Of a DNA stretch of 64,000 bases, positions 62,341-64,000 are shown in pieces. Source of the DNA: Sphyrna mokarran (lineage: Eukaryota); contig JAGIQG010000007.1 of assembly GCA_024679065.1 (NCBI GenBank), positions 124,682,001 through 124,746,000 on the forward strand. The letters run 5' to 3'. How positions within the stretch are numbered: position 1 is the first letter of the stretch; each line of letters begins with the position of its first letter. The translations under genes and the position numbers were made by a program. The notes beneath the pieces were generated by a model. That model was not told where the DNA came from and did not search any database. It saw nothing but the letters and a program-made list of their open reading frames with translations.

Positions 62341-64000
62341 TAATCGGTATTTTTGTTTGGGCAGGGAGAAGTGTTTTGGTGCCTGAATAGCTACACTGGG
62401 TGAAGGAAATCTGATTTTCCTCTGCATTCCTGACCCTGTGTAACTTTCCTTTAGCATTTATGTGGGTCAGGAATGCTCAGCAGCACACAGGTTAGTTAAC
62501 CTATTCTAAATGGGGGACAAAAATCCAATTTCCTCCCCCACACAATTTTCATCTGGCAGTGAGCATTTTAGAAGGCCTTGAAAACATGTTGAGTTTAAGA
62601 CTTTGTGAAGAAAATAGAAACCTGCGAAGGAATCTGTAATATTCTGAAATGTAATTGTAAGATATTTCCATGCCTTCAAACATTGCAATATTGCAGGAAA
62701 TGTATTTTTACTGCACTAATTAATATTTGGGATCTGTCCTTTAAAGATGAGTTGATCCTTACGTGGGCGAGCATTGTGTAATTGCTTACTATTTTTACAA
62801 TGGAGAAACTACCAGAGTGCAGCAAATAATGTTACAAAATGTCCTACCAACCTGTGCTGCCATATTTTCTACTGTGATTTAAATGGGCCTTGCAGATCAG
62901 CCAAAATTGCTTATGACACTTGGGAAAAAAAAAATCACTTGAGAAACATTTTCGCTTGAAGATAAAATCTAAAATCTAAAAAGATAAAATCCACAAATGG
63001 ACAGACATTTTGCTTTGAAATTGTAATGATCACCTTCAGAGGGTACTTTATTGTTTGGACATATGTGACCACTTCAAATTTTTGCCTGAGGTTTTAGTAC
63101 TAACAGGGTTTCAGCAAAGTCGGTGTTGCCTTCATCTGAGAGTGAAAGCTCGTTTCAAGAGGTTGTTGTGACAGATTGTGCCTTTGTTGGGGTTTTTGAT
63201 TTGTTGATGCAAGCTAATGGGATGACAAATATTATCATGTTTTCACTTGATGGAATGCAGTTTTTTAAAAATATCAGTGACATCTGTTCAATGGAAGTAT
63301 TTATTTAGATGGCAAGAGATTTATTTTTTGGAATTAAAGAATCTGAGGAATGTATGCAGTAGAAACTGGGTGAATGTCTACAAAGGATGTGTGCAGAAGT
63401 GAAGGGGAGTGGTACAGAGAGGAGAATAGATGGTGTGAGGGGAATGGGCTGGCAGGATGGTATGGAAGGAGAATAGGTGACATGAATGATATGTGGGATT
63501 TTGGGCTGGCATGCTACATGATGGGGGTTGGGTAGTGGTAAAGTTTAAGGGGCTTTTAAACAATGTTCAAAGCTGTGCTGCTGTCTTGGAGAACCAAGAC
63601 AGGGCTTCTAACCAACTGAGTTCTGCGTGCACACTCCTCATGTACCCTACTGCAGCTCTCAAAATGCACGGTGGACCCCAACCCAATATGGAAAAAAAAA
63701 CAGAGTTGGTGTTTGAAGTTTCATACTGTTAAGTTGCGCAGTTTTTAAGCTGTGCAAGTGCATAGGTTGGGTTTCCCTGAGCCCAGATGAAGACTAGGTT
63801 ATCAATATAATTTACTAAAGTGGGCTTAACACTGACCTCTGGGGACACCACTACATACTTTTATTTAGTCTGAAGGATAATTGTTCAATACTGCTCCCTG
63901 ATTTTTGTTCCTCAGCCAATTTTGTATCCACATGGCCTTCTCCCACAGATTTATAATTTATGGCATGGACTATTAAGTGATATTTCATCAAATCCATTGT

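Noticed and set aside
1-64000. CRISPR arrays, prokaryotic operons, rRNA genes
   Set aside because: The sequence is vertebrate repeat-rich DNA; no repeat-spacer arrays, dense ORFs or rRNA signatures were seen.

Overview
Repeat-rich, non-coding vertebrate genomic DNA. The repeat content (HE1-type V-SINEs, HER1/CR1 LINEs, SacSINE1-like DeuSINEs) points to a cartilaginous fish, most likely a shark; this is an inference. I cannot support any intact protein-coding gene, and nearly all listed ORFs are chance frames or decayed transposon frames. Retroelements: at least 11 HE1-type SINEs with two different 3' tails; many nested CR1 fragments; L2 and Rex1/Babar remnants; a near full-length decayed RTE LINE; a decayed LINE with a tRNA-like head; several Penelope-like element (PLE) remnants; and a possible solo LTR. 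DNA transposons: a decayed pogo/Tigger transposase, a decayed Harbinger-type Myb/SANT gene, and many short TIR-bounded elements. The most striking structures are four TSD-flanked insertions of one Penelope-like family (28956, 34876, 42046, 61313). Three have a fold-back architecture with a constant 37-nt tail. The one at 42 kb is a near-perfect 97-bp palindrome with a minimal hammerhead ribozyme core on each strand. There are weak hints of a minus-strand host transcript: a 15-nt microexon-like unit at 23539-23553 and two duplicated exon-like units at 57.6 and 58.6 kb. Family assignments come from recognising motifs by eye, not from database searches.
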